From the NCBI GenBank assembly GCA_965238225.1, contig OZ250183.1, positions 192,001 to 256,000 on the forward strand: a stretch of 64,000 bases of DNA, read 5' to 3'. This DNA comes from Gammaproteobacteria bacterium (lineage in GTDB: Bacteria > Pseudomonadota > Gammaproteobacteria > Eutrophobiales > Eutrophobiaceae). The notes below the pieces were generated by a model that was given only the letters and a program-made list of their open reading frames with translations, was not told the origin of the DNA and did no database searches. The translations under genes and the position numbers were made by a program. Positions 52,054 to 64,000 of this stretch are shown here, in pieces (within the stretch, counting starts at the first letter, position 1; each line of letters opens with the position of its first letter).

Positions 52054-52821
52054 ATGTATGGAATTAAATGTCGATCACAACTCTTAAAGAATCATATGCA
52101 CAAAAACTACGCTGTCAACCTAAAAGACTATATTGAGGTTAACAGCGCACCCACAGACCTCTTCTCAGGCAGCCGCTGTTTTTTATGTTTTGGCCACTGT
52201 AACCGAGAGACGGTTTGTGGCGCTTGCTTGGGTGATCTGGCGTTTAACACCAAAGCCTGTCCAGCTTGCGCCAAACCTGACACCTCAGCAAAACTGTGTG
52301 CCGACTGCCTAAGCCAACGAGGCGTTTATATAAATAATACTTGGGCGTTGTTTCGGTATCACTACCCTGTTAACCATTTGATTCAGCATATGAAGTTTAA
52401 ACAAGGCATTGATATAGCGAAGCACTTAGGGGGGTTGTTAGGCAAATTGTTGTCTGGCAAAAATACTGTGCTGCCCGATTGCATTATGCCTGTCCCGCTG
52501 CATTCTGGCAGACTAATTGCTAGGGGCTACAACCAATCCGTAGAGCTTGCTCGACCCTTATCTAAACAAATCGGGGTCAACTTGGACACATATTCCTGCA
52601 AACGCGTCCGCGCAACCGCACCCCAAACTGACCTGCCTGCCAAAAAACGCAAAGGTAATGTCCGTAATGCCTTTTCTATAACAAAGACAATAAATTACAA
52701 CCATGTTTTGCTTGTTGACGACGTTATCACAACTGGTAGCACTGTAAACGAGCTCGCGCGCATACTTAGTCTTACAGGGGTTGATCGGATAGATGTCTTG
52801 GCTGTTTCTAGGGCTGGCTAG
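52054..52821 (+). CDS. comF: ComF family protein (double zinc ribbon plus phosphoribosyltransferase)
   Basis: Four CxxC pairs, PVPLH, RGYNQS, LLVDDVITTGST; start uncertain. Confidence 0.9.
   Translation: MYGIKCRSQLLKNHMHKNYAVNLKDYIEVNSAPTDLFSGSRCFLCFGHCNRETVCGACLGDLAFNTKACPACAKPDTSAKLCADCLSQRGVYINNTWALFRYHYPVNHLIQHMKFKQGIDIAKHLGGLLGKLLSGKNTVLPDCIMPVPLHSGRLIARGYNQSVELARPLSKQIGVNLDTYSCKRVRATAPQTDLPAKKRKGNVRNAFSITKTINYNHVLLVDDVITTGSTVNELARILSLTGVDRIDVLAVSRAG
52112..52145. promoter_or_regulatory. BirA operator (bioO)
   Basis: cTGTCAACC-N16-GGTTAACAg inverted repeat upstream of bioB, matching the TGTAAACC-N16-GGTTTACA type. Confidence 0.8.
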
Positions 52822-52842
52822 CCCCAAACAAGGTTACAAGGA

Positions 52843-55305
<2,463 letters not shown>

Positions 55306-55326
55306 CTAACACTTTTTATGCGGTTT

Positions 55327-55342
55327 TGTTCCACGTGGAACA
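55327..55342. promoter_or_regulatory. parS centromere site
   Basis: Perfect palindrome TGTTCCACGTGGAACA near dnaA. Confidence 0.9.
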
Positions 55343-55420
55343 TCGCTTATTCTGCGTATTTTTCCCGTTTTTGGGGTTTTATGGGGTTACAGGCTCGTTA
55401 GGAATCTTTTTTGTTTTGGT

Positions 55421-56521
55421 TTATAACCTCATTGGCATAACAACGTATTTACAGTCTGTATCATCATCAGGTAGGATTAGACAGCTGCTGTTTGGGTCTG
55501 AGATATTTAAAATAACGTTTTCTGTTTTTATGGCTGAAAGCGCATCTAACAGGTAGGTAACGTTAAAGCCTATTTCAATATTACCTCCTTTATAATCAAT
55601 TTCTATCTCCTCTTCGGCTTTCTCTTGTTCTGAATTATGCGCGAAGGTGTTTAATCGATCTTTTTTTAACACAAGCCTGATGCCCTTATATTTCTCATTC
55701 GAAAGAATTGATGTTCTTATTAAACTTTGTTTTAAGGTGTCTTTATGGGTTTTAATGGGGTGTGTCCCTTCTTTTGGCATTACCCGTTGATAGTCTGGAA
55801 ACTTCCCGTTGATAAGTTTGCTGATAAATTTACAGTTATCTTTGTTGATTCTGATGTGGTCTTTGCTGACCTCGATGTTAATATTTTCATCTTTATCATC
55901 CAAAAGTCTGATGAGTTCAGACACTCCTTTTCTGGGGATAATAATTTGTTGAGTGTCTTCGTTTTCTGTTTGTGTTTTTATTTCTTTAAGCGCGAGTCTG
56001 TGGCCATCCGTTGCAACAGCACGTAAATTGTTTTTGTTTAGCTCAAGCAAGAGTCCGTTTAAATAATAACGCGCGTCTTGTTGCGCTATGGAAAATGCTG
56101 TGTCTTCCAATAAGGTTTTGAGTTCTTTTTGGGTTAGTAAGATTTTACTGCTGTTTTTTGGGGTTTCTATATTAGGGTATTCGTTTGCTGGTAATGTCGC
56201 TAAGGTAAATTCACTTTTTCCCGATTTAACTATTATCTGGTTTTTATTAAGGCTCAGGTTTATTTTGGAGTCGTCAGGGAGTGCTTTGCAGACATCCAAC
56301 AGCTTTCTTGCAGGAACAGTTGTTTCTCCAGGGGTATCTGGGCGATGACTTATCGTTGCCACTATTTCAATTTCCATATCAGTCCCAGTAAAAGTGATTT
56401 TATCTTTCCCGGCAACTATGAGTAAATTACTTAGTATTGGTAATGTTTGTCTCCTATCAACGGCGCCGTAAACTATTCGTAATGAAGGTAAAATTTCATT
56501 TCTGTTTATATTGAATTTCAT
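55421..56521 (-). CDS. dnaN: DNA polymerase III beta clamp
   Basis: TLPILSN, ATDGHRL, FPDYQRV, YVVMPMRL. Confidence 0.97.
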   Translation of the reverse strand: MKFNINRNEILPSLRIVYGAVDRRQTLPILSNLLIVAGKDKITFTGTDMEIEIVATISHRPDTPGETTVPARKLLDVCKALPDDSKINLSLNKNQIIVKSGKSEFTLATLPANEYPNIETPKNSSKILLTQKELKTLLEDTAFSIAQQDARYYLNGLLLELNKNNLRAVATDGHRLALKEIKTQTENEDTQQIIIPRKGVSELIRLLDDKDENINIEVSKDHIRINKDNCKFISKLINGKFPDYQRVMPKEGTHPIKTHKDTLKQSLIRTSILSNEKYKGIRLVLKKDRLNTFAHNSEQEKAEEEIEIDYKGGNIEIGFNVTYLLDALSAIKTENVILNISDPNSSCLILPDDDTDCKYVVMPMRL

Positions 56522-56701
56522 TAATATTTAAAACCTATTATTATTAGCTTAATGGTTTATTGTGGATAACTATAATTTTATGTTTAAAAACAATATGTTA
56601 CATGTTTATTTTTTGTGCAAAGCCTTTATAAGAACCCTTTTTAATCTTGTGTGGTTTTTGTGAGTAACTATTGGTTTTTTTTAAACCACAATTTATTCAC
56701 A
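56522..56701. other. AT-rich dnaA-dnaN spacer with DnaA boxes; candidate oriC part
   Basis: TGTGGATAA 56561..56569, TTATTCACA 56693..56701, degenerate TGTGAGTAA 56659..56667. Confidence 0.55.
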
Positions 56702-58033
56702 TCATATTGTAAGGATTCTTCTTAAACTATTATAATCTTCATTTGTTTTTACTTCTGTTGCCTTTAATTCAGAGATTTTTCGACAAGCGTGCAAAACGGT
56801 CGTATGATCTCTTCCTCCAAAGGCATTGCCTATCTCAGGTAGACTGTGGTTGGTTAGGTCTTTGGACAGCGTCATTGCCATTTGTCTTGGTCTTACAATT
56901 GACCTAGTTCTTCGTTTTGACAAGAGGTCTGTAATCCTGATTTTATAATATTCGGCTGTTGTTTTTTGAATGTTTTCAATAGTAACTAATTTATCTTGCA
57001 GCAAAAGCAAGTCCCGCAAAACCTCTTTAGTAGTATCTGTGTTAATGGGGTTTCCTGTGAGGCTGGAGCTTGCGATGATCCTGTTAAGCGCCCCCTCTAA
57101 TTCCCTGATATTAGAATGGAAATGCTTCGCGATGAAAAACAATACCTCATCAGGTATAGCCTTATTTACAGAGGCCGCCTTGCTTTTTATAATAGCGACC
57201 CTTGTTTCTAAGTCGGGAGGCTCTATTGCAACAGGAAGCCCACAACCAAAGCGAGACTTTAAGCGCTCTTCTAAGCCAGAGACTTCTTTTGGGTAGCGGT
57301 CACAGGTGAGAATAATCTGGTGTTGCCCCTCTAACAAGGCGTTAAAAGTATGAAAAAACTCCTCTTGAGAGTGTTCTTTTTTTGCAAAGAACTGAATATC
57401 ATCAATTAACAAAGCATCAACCGATCGATAGTAGCGCTTAAATCTATCAATAGCGTTATGTTGTAGCGCTCTCACCATATCAGCAACAAAGCGTTCAGAA
57501 TGCAAATAAACAACGTTATATTTATTTTTTTTCTGCATGATGGCGTGACCAACAGCCTGCATTAAGTGGGTTTTCCCGAGCCCCACTCCGCCGTAAATAA
57601 AAAGAGGGTTATAGGCTTCTCCCGGCCTTTCAGCAACTTGGGTCGCTGCCGCCTTAGCGAGCTGGTTTGATTTTCCTTCAATAAAAGAGCTGAAGGTAAA
57701 CTCGGGGTTAAGGTTGGCAGAAACCTGGTTTTTTTTGGCGTCCGCTAAAGGTTCTTTGGTTTGTTGTTGTTTGGGGTCTGTGGGTTTGTCTTGGCACCCC
57801 ACTTTAAAAGAGAGCGAGTACTTGCTGTAGCTGTCTTTTTTAGATAAGATGGCACTAATCTTTTCAGAATATTGATCTTGCACCCAGTCTTTTACAAACC
57901 TGTTAGGGGCGAGAAGCGTTATAGTTAAGCCCTGCTCTTCTGCCTGTAAAGGGCGTACCCAAGTGTTAAATTGTTGTGGTGACAGTTCCCCCTCTAGGCA
58001 CTCAAGACAGTAGTTCCACGGCGCACTTTGCAA
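56702..58033 (-). CDS. dnaA: chromosomal replication initiator DnaA
   Basis: [34 protein letters not shown]; TTG start. Confidence 0.98.
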   Translation of the reverse strand: MQSAPWNYCLECLEGELSPQQFNTWVRPLQAEEQGLTITLLAPNRFVKDWVQDQYSEKISAILSKKDSYSKYSLSFKVGCQDKPTDPKQQQTKEPLADAKKNQVSANLNPEFTFSSFIEGKSNQLAKAAATQVAERPGEAYNPLFIYGGVGLGKTHLMQAVGHAIMQKKNKYNVVYLHSERFVADMVRALQHNAIDRFKRYYRSVDALLIDDIQFFAKKEHSQEEFFHTFNALLEGQHQIILTCDRYPKEVSGLEERLKSRFGCGLPVAIEPPDLETRVAIIKSKAASVNKAIPDEVLFFIAKHFHSNIRELEGALNRIIASSSLTGNPINTDTTKEVLRDLLLLQDKLVTIENIQKTTAEYYKIRITDLLSKRRTRSIVRPRQMAMTLSKDLTNHSLPEIGNAFGGRDHTTVLHACRKISELKATEVKTNEDYNSLRRILTI

Positions 58034-58153
58034 TTTTAACAGATCTCCTTAATGTAACGGTTTTTCTCGTTACGAACTTTTCGTAACAGCGGTTTAGCGC
58101 GCCTTGTCGGGCAGACACCTAATATTGAAACAGTCTAGCCCCAATCCTAAAAC

Positions 58154-58162
58154 TTATCCACA
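58154..58162. promoter_or_regulatory. DnaA box in the dnaA promoter region
   Basis: Perfect TTATCCACA. Confidence 0.8.
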
Positions 58163-58225
58163 GCCACAATCAAAACAGTTAAATAAAAAACAACGCTTAT
58201 TACAAAACCAAATCGAAAAGTCCAA

Positions 58226-58255
58226 TTGACAAAGAAGGCACGAAAAACGTACCAT
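58226..58255 (+). promoter_or_regulatory. putative sigma70 promoter of rpmH
   Basis: TTGACA-N18-TACCAT followed by GC-rich discriminator ACCGCGCCC. Confidence 0.6.
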
Positions 58256-58312
58256 ACCGCGCCCTACTGTTAGCTTACATAACGACAACAAACCAGCAGA
58301 AATACAATACTG

Positions 58313-58447
58313 ATGAAGAGAACATTTCAGCCCAGCAAACTAAAAAGAAAACGACGGCACGGTTTCCGCGCAAGAATGAGCACCAAGGCGGGGCGCAACG
58401 TTATCAAAGCGCGTCGAGAAAAGGGTCGAAAGAAGCTTTCAGCCTAA
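58313..58447 (+). CDS. rpmH: 50S ribosomal protein L34 (not in ORF track)
   Basis: [44 protein letters not shown]. Confidence 0.97.
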   Translation: MKRTFQPSKLKRKRRHGFRARMSTKAGRNVIKARREKGRKKLSA

Positions 58448-58470
58448 AGCCTTAAGGTTGGGCTAATATT

Positions 58471-58833
58471 ATGTCCACAAAAACCGGCAATTTTGCAAAA
58501 CTAAACAGGATTAATGCTCCAAAAGACTATCAGCAGGTTTTTAAGTCTCCCTGTCGTTCGGCAGGGAAAGAGTTTCTTGTGCTCGCACGCGAAAACAACT
58601 TGAAACAGGCTAGACTCGGGCTTGTGGTTGCAAAGAAAAACGTCAACAGAGCTGTTTGTAGAAACCAGATAAAGAGAGCAATACGTGAAAGTTTTCGCCA
58701 GCACAAAAATATTTTGAAGGGCTTGGATGTGGTGGTGGTTTTTCGCAAAAAACAAACAACCATTAACAACAAAACTATCACCGAGTCAATAAACGCTCAC
58801 TGGAAAACCATTTTACAATGCGGAAAATATTAA
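58471..58833 (+). CDS. rnpA: ribonuclease P protein component
   Basis: RLGLVVAKK, AVCRNQIKRAIRESFR. Confidence 0.95.
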   Translation: MSTKTGNFAKLNRINAPKDYQQVFKSPCRSAGKEFLVLARENNLKQARLGLVVAKKNVNRAVCRNQIKRAIRESFRQHKNILKGLDVVVVFRKKQTTINNKTITESINAHWKTILQCGKY

Positions 58834-59048
58834 TTTTTGGCATCAAGGCTTATCAATATATATTGAGCCCCTGTTTTAATCCAAGCTGCCGTTATATCCC
58901 CAACTGTTCGCAATATACCTTGGAAGCAATTGCCAAATATGGCGTCTTAAAAGGTGCAACCCTAGGCCTTCGGCGCATCTGTCGGTGTCACCCTTTTCAT
59001 AAAGGTGGCTATGATCCGGTTTCTGGTGAACAACATAAACATGGATAA
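58818..59048 (+). CDS. yidD: membrane protein insertion efficiency factor
   Basis: CRYIPNCSQY, RICRCHPFHKGGYDPV. Confidence 0.93.
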   Translation: MRKILIFGIKAYQYILSPCFNPSCRYIPNCSQYTLEAIAKYGVLKGATLGLRRICRCHPFHKGGYDPVSGEQHKHG

Positions 59049-60720
59049 TTTTCGCTTTATTCTGGTCGCTTCTTTGATCCTAGTGCTGTTTTTGCTTTGG
59101 CAAGCATGGGAACAAGACTATAGCTCGATCACAACGTCGGAGCCTGCGACTGGTTTAGAAAATACAAAGCAACAAGCAACAAACATCCCCGCAGTTCCTG
59201 CGCTTTTTAAAACACAAATGGAGTCGCCTTTAAATATAAAAACAGATTCTGTTGTTGACACAACAGACGAAGAAAATATAGAGGTTAAAACGGACGTATA
59301 CAATATAAGTATAGGCAAAAAAGGCGGCAGTATTAATAAGCTCGCGCTGCTTAAGTTTCCTGTTGAGCTGGAAACACCAGACACACCGACACTTCTACTT
59401 AATAACAATGCATTATTTTTTAACAACGAAGAGCTGCCTTCGTTTTACATTGTTCAAGGAGGGCTTTTAAGTGAGACCGATACACCAACACACGAGGCAA
59501 TGTTTGTTGCCGCAGCCAAGCGCTATGTTCTAAGTGACACAGATGATAGGCTTGTTGTGCCGCTCGTTTGGGAGTCTGAAAACGGCCTGAAGGTTATCAA
59601 GACCTATGAGTTTAGCCGTGGCAGTTATTTAGTAAACGTCAAGTATAAAATCGAAAATCGAAGCACCAACCCTTGGGTGGGTCACGCATACATTCAATTA
59701 CAAAGAAGCGATCCTGGAAGAGAATCTAATATTCTTTACACTTACACAGGTGCGGTAATCTCGAGCCCAAAACAGCGTTATAAAAAGCTTGATTTTGACG
59801 ACATGAAAGATGAAAAGCTTAACGTAGACATTAAAAACGGATGGGCCGCAATGTTGCAACATTATTTTGTCAGCGCGCTTATCCCTGCGAGTCGCGAGGA
59901 ACAAAACCATTACTATACGCTCACACCAGACAACAACCGTTATGTCATTGGTGCAATCACTCCCATTGTTACAGTTCAAGCGAACACGACAGGCGTTATA
60001 GAACAAAAACTTTATATGGGGGCAAAGACTCAGAGTGTGCTCAGGGAAATTGCGCCAGGCTTAGAGCTAGCGGTTGATTACGGTGTTTTGTGGTTTTTGG
60101 CAAAACCGTTATTTTGGTGTCTGGAGAAATTTTATGGGATAACAGGCAATTGGGGTTGGGCAATTGTTCTCATTACCTTAATGTTGAAACTAATATTTTT
60201 CAAGCTGTCTGCAGCGGGTTATAAGTCGATGGCCAATATGCGTCGCGTGCAACCAAGGTTGGTGGCGCTCAAAGAGCGTTACAAAGATGATCGCACCCGC
60301 CTCAATCAAGCGATGATGGACATCTATAAAAAAGAAAAAATAAATCCATTGGGTGGTTGCTTTCCAATCCTCATACAGATACCTGTTTTCATTGCGCTGT
60401 ATTGGACATTGCTTGAAAGTGTTGAGCTAAGACAGGTTGGGTTTATGTTTTGGTTGACAGATTTATCTGCACCAGATCGATTTTATGTGTTGCCTTTGTT
60501 AATGGGCGCAACAATGCTGATACAGCAAAAACTAAATCCTGCGCCTATAGACCCTATACAACAAAAAGTCATGTCAATATTGCCCATTGTCTTCACTGTG
60601 TTCTTTGCCTTTTTCCCGTCAGGTCTGGTGTTGTATTGGGTGGTGAATAACACACTGTCTATTGCCCAACAATGGGCAATCATCAGAAGCATCGAACGTA
60701 CAACAACGCAGCAGAACTAA
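59041..60720 (+). CDS. yidC: membrane protein insertase YidC
   Basis: VDYG, GNWGWAI, NPLGGCFP, PSGLVLYW. Confidence 0.97.
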   Translation: MDNFRFILVASLILVLFLLWQAWEQDYSSITTSEPATGLENTKQQATNIPAVPALFKTQMESPLNIKTDSVVDTTDEENIEVKTDVYNISIGKKGGSINKLALLKFPVELETPDTPTLLLNNNALFFNNEELPSFYIVQGGLLSETDTPTHEAMFVAAAKRYVLSDTDDRLVVPLVWESENGLKVIKTYEFSRGSYLVNVKYKIENRSTNPWVGHAYIQLQRSDPGRESNILYTYTGAVISSPKQRYKKLDFDDMKDEKLNVDIKNGWAAMLQHYFVSALIPASREEQNHYYTLTPDNNRYVIGAITPIVTVQANTTGVIEQKLYMGAKTQSVLREIAPGLELAVDYGVLWFLAKPLFWCLEKFYGITGNWGWAIVLITLMLKLIFFKLSAAGYKSMANMRRVQPRLVALKERYKDDRTRLNQAMMDIYKKEKINPLGGCFPILIQIPVFIALYWTLLESVELRQVGFMFWLTDLSAPDRFYVLPLLMGATMLIQQKLNPAPIDPIQQKVMSILPIVFTVFFAFFPSGLVLYWVVNNTLSIAQQWAIIRSIERTTTQQN

Positions 60721-60736
60721 GAACCGCAAGTTAAAA

Positions 60737-62113
60737 ATGGTTGTGATTAAAGACACCATCACAGCAATCGTAACGCCGCCTGGACGAGGTGGTATCGGAA
60801 TTGTGCGTTTGTCTGGTGCTGGTGCCGTAAAAATCGCAAAACAACTTTTAGGGCAAAAATTGCATACTCACTGCTCAGATCTAGGGATTAGGGAGGCAAA
60901 AATTTGTTCTTTTCTAGGTAAAGACGGAGAGCTTATCGATAGTGGCATTCTTATTTATTTCCCACAACCTGCTTCCTATACAGGAGAGCACGTTGTTGAG
61001 CTTCAAGGACATGGTGGCAGGGTGGTAATGTCCATGTTGCTTGATCGTGTTATTGCGCTTGGCGCCAGACAGGCGCGACCTGGAGAGTTTACCGAGCGCG
61101 CGTTTATTAATAATAAGATTGACCTAGTGCAGGCGGAAGCCGTGGCCAGTTTAATTGACAGTGCTTCGTCTCAAGCAGCCAGAAGCGCGCTGCGATCCTT
61201 GGAAGGAGTGTTTTCACACAACATAAACAGGCTGTTGCAAAGACTGGTTGATTTGCGTGTGTTTGTAGAGGGCGCGCTGGATTTTCCGGAAGAAGAAATT
61301 GATTTTATTCGAGATTCCAAAATAAAAGAAAAGCTAGTCGCTTGTGTCGAAGATCTCGATAAGATTTTTAAAGACGCAAAGCAAGGAGCAATGCTAGGCG
61401 AAGGTCTGCGACTGGCAATTGTCGGGCGCCCGAACGTCGGCAAATCAAGTTTGTTAAATCTCCTTGTAAGCAGAGAAGCCGCAATTGTCAGCGAAATTCC
61501 AGGAACAACGAGAGATATTGTTGAAGAAACTATTCTTATAGAGGGCGCCCCCCTTAGTATATTAGATACGGCGGGGATTAGAGAAAGTAAAAATGATGTT
61601 GAAGAGGAAGGAATCAGGCGAGCATTAAATGCAGCAAATCATGCTGATATTATTTTGTTGCTGGTAGAGCGCGGCAAAGATATTGGCACAGAAGAACAAA
61701 GAATTTTAAATGCGTGTTCTGACAATGTAAAAAAAATAATAGTAAGAAATAAAATAGATCTAGCTGCCAATAAAAAAGAGTTGCTTGATAAAAATAAGGG
61801 TGCAACAGAAGTGTTTCTATCAGCTAAAACGGGAGAGGGGGCTGACCATCTAATCCAACGCCTGAAAACGATCATGGGGCTGAGCAATGTAGCCGAAGAT
61901 GTGTGTATGGCTAGAAAACGCCACCTCAATGCGCTTTCTGAAGCGAGAAAATTTTTAATCAATGGGCTACAACACTTGGAAAATAAAACTGCCCCAGAGT
62001 TGTTGGCTGAAGATATGCGCCTAGCCCAAGAATCTTTAAGTGTAATCACCGGAGGTTTTGTTGCAGATGATCTTTTAGATGAAATTTTCTCACAATTTTG
62101 TATCGGAAAATAA
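60737..62113 (+). CDS. mnmE: tRNA modification GTPase MnmE
   Basis: SYTGE, GEFTERAF, GRPNVGKSS, GTTRD, DTAG, FCIGK. Confidence 0.97.
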   Translation: MVVIKDTITAIVTPPGRGGIGIVRLSGAGAVKIAKQLLGQKLHTHCSDLGIREAKICSFLGKDGELIDSGILIYFPQPASYTGEHVVELQGHGGRVVMSMLLDRVIALGARQARPGEFTERAFINNKIDLVQAEAVASLIDSASSQAARSALRSLEGVFSHNINRLLQRLVDLRVFVEGALDFPEEEIDFIRDSKIKEKLVACVEDLDKIFKDAKQGAMLGEGLRLAIVGRPNVGKSSLLNLLVSREAAIVSEIPGTTRDIVEETILIEGAPLSILDTAGIRESKNDVEEEGIRRALNAANHADIILLLVERGKDIGTEEQRILNACSDNVKKIIVRNKIDLAANKKELLDKNKGATEVFLSAKTGEGADHLIQRLKTIMGLSNVAEDVCMARKRHLNALSEARKFLINGLQHLENKTAPELLAEDMRLAQESLSVITGGFVADDLLDEIFSQFCIGK

Positions 62114-62153
62114 AAAACAAGATCATAAAAATAATCGAAAAAAAGTGAAAGAT

Positions 62154-63050
62154 ATGATTAATAAAATATTATTTGTAACTTTAAGTAATATTGGTGATGC
62201 AATAATGACAACGCCTGTTCTTCAGGCTTTGCACGAGCTGTATCCAGAGGCAGTCATTGATATTGTTGGTGATCAGCGTTCTAGTGAGATCTTTAAGTAT
62301 TGCCCTTATCGGGGCAGGATATTACATAAACAGAAAAATAGTTTAAGGTGCGTACTTGCGCTGGTTGTAGACTTATGGGTGCAGTCTTATGACCTGATTA
62401 TAGATCTTCGCACCGATGGCCTTGCCTATTTGTTGCCCGCAGGAAAAAGGTATACGAAACTAAATAAAATAAAAAATAGCGCACATGAAGCGCAGCGGCA
62501 TATGAGTATCATCTCCAAGATTTATCATAAGAGTTCACCACAATGTCATGTCTGGATTAGCGACGCAGAAAGAAAATTTGCTAAAGAGGCGCTTAGGGGT
62601 TATTACGGTAAAAAATTGTTAGGGGTAGGAGTGGGGGCGGCAAGTTCAGATAAAATTTGGTCTAAAGAGAACTATCTGTCTTTGGTAGAAAAAACCAGCA
62701 ATGATTTCGACGCCATTGTTTTTCTGGGCAATAGCCAAGACAAAAAATATTCAGACTATATATCTTCGAAAACGAAAGGTCAGTGTGTTAATTTGTGTGG
62801 CATGACCAGCCTTCTTGAGGCTGCTGCTGTCTTGCAATGCCTGACTTTGTTTGTTGGGAATGACTCTGGTCTTGGACATATAGCAGGCGCTGTTGATATT
62901 TTGACGATAACTTTGTTTGGGAAAGAGAGTAGTCCTCTTCGTTATCGACCTTGGGGTAGAAAATCTGTGTGGTTACAAGGACGAGATAGTAAAATGGAGA
63001 GTATCAAGCCCGCAGATGTTTTGTGTAAATTGAAAAATCTGACTATATAA
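62154..63050 (+). CDS. glycosyltransferase family 9 (heptosyltransferase-like)
   Basis: IGDAIMTTP, YDLIIDL, GNDSGLGHIA, TLFG. Confidence 0.88.
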   Translation: MINKILFVTLSNIGDAIMTTPVLQALHELYPEAVIDIVGDQRSSEIFKYCPYRGRILHKQKNSLRCVLALVVDLWVQSYDLIIDLRTDGLAYLLPAGKRYTKLNKIKNSAHEAQRHMSIISKIYHKSSPQCHVWISDAERKFAKEALRGYYGKKLLGVGVGAASSDKIWSKENYLSLVEKTSNDFDAIVFLGNSQDKKYSDYISSKTKGQCVNLCGMTSLLEAAAVLQCLTLFVGNDSGLGHIAGAVDILTITLFGKESSPLRYRPWGRKSVWLQGRDSKMESIKPADVLCKLKNLTI

Positions 63051-63128
63051 AAAATATAATTAATTTTGTTTAAAATGGTTCGACGAAATACGGGGTAGAA
63101 TCTACTTAGAGCCAGATCTTATTTAAAG

Positions 63129-64000
63129 ATGACGACATATATTGATAAAATAAAAATATGTTTTGTAAGGACTGTGCAGATATACAGATCAACAATCATT
63201 TCTTTTCTTGTGCTGCTGTTTTTTAAAAAGAAAAATAAACCACTAAACATACTAATTCACAGACCAGGTGCTTTTGGTGATTCTATCGTTGCGCTACCAG
63301 CCTTAAGTATGATTCGACATACTTATCCAGAATCTACAATAGATCTGGCATCAACCAGCATTTCAGGAATCACTATCGCCGATATTTTAAAAAAGGATAG
63401 TTTAGTTGATCAGATTTATCTTGTTAAAAATGAAGATAGATCCAAGGTTTTTAGAGAATTAAAAAATAAAAGATATGATTTGTATATTGAGCTACCTCAA
63501 AACTACAACCTGTATAAATCAATTAGAAATATTTTTATTGTTAGATTTTATCTTGATATTCATTCAGCTTTTGGGTGGGATTATGGGCGCATTAAAAGCT
63601 TCATGGCCGCGCAAAAGAAATATCTAGAAGTGCCAAATGAAACTCATCGATTTATAAAAACATTAAATAAACATGGAATTGCCGGGTCGCTAGACTTTCC
63701 TGTATTGAAAAAGCCCGTTTACGGTAAAGATGTTAATGTATTATTAAAAAATAAAGATGCAATAGCATTTTTAGTTGGCGGCAAGCTTCAGCCAAAAAAA
63801 TGGCCGTTAGATTACTGGATCAGGCTCGCAGACCTGATAGGTAACAGCATAAAAATATTGGTGTTGGGAGGAGAAAATGATAAGGAAGATGCTGCATATA
63901 TTTGCGCATATGCGGAGAACATAGAAAATTTATGCGGGAAGTTCAGCATAGCAGAATTAGCGTATGTGTTGTCGAATATCAAAATTGCTGTTGCGCTTGA
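63129..64000 (+). CDS. second GT9 glycosyltransferase, 3'-truncated by window edge
   Basis: ILIHRPGAFGDSIVALPAL, YDLYIEL, KKWP, NLCGK; frame appears open to the end of the window. Confidence 0.8.
   Translation, partial: MTTYIDKIKICFVRTVQIYRSTIISFLVLLFFKKKNKPLNILIHRPGAFGDSIVALPALSMIRHTYPESTIDLASTSISGITIADILKKDSLVDQIYLVKNEDRSKVFRELKNKRYDLYIELPQNYNLYKSIRNIFIVRFYLDIHSAFGWDYGRIKSFMAAQKKYLEVPNETHRFIKTLNKHGIAGSLDFPVLKKPVYGKDVNVLLKNKDAIAFLVGGKLQPKKWPLDYWIRLADLIGNSIKILVLGGENDKEDAAYICAYAENIENLCGKFSIAELAYVLSNIKIAVAL

Overview
AT-rich chromosomal window from a probable gammaproteobacterium, spanning the replication-origin neighbourhood. Left to right: the 3' end of a PfaC-type PUFA synthase gene directly followed by oleABCD and a PPTase; comEA and an orphan ORF carrying an exact copy of the comEA 5' end; leuS-lptE-holA-proA-nadD-rsfS; an island with a GC-rich lipoprotein and a type II-C CRISPR-Cas9 locus (tracrRNA, cas9 with a 3' frameshift, cas1, cas2, 40-repeat array); maf, hppA, ggt, coaD, rsmD and two M16 peptidase subunits; a fragmented RloC-like ATPase-HEPN gene; ftsY-ftsE-ftsX-rpoH with a perfect CIRCE; a cytochrome c oxidase cluster lacking ctaA; bioBFHCD/comF with a BirA operator; gyrB-dnaN-dnaA with recF absent but parS retained; rpmH-rnpA-yidD-yidC-mnmE; and two GT9 glycosyltransferases. 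The most unusual signal is the CRISPR array: near-invariant repeats, but spacers of 17-54 nt that share segments with one another. This is either unusual biology or a consensus artefact over a strain-variable array. The sequence alone cannot decide, and the artefact explanation is a strong candidate. All counts were done by eye.
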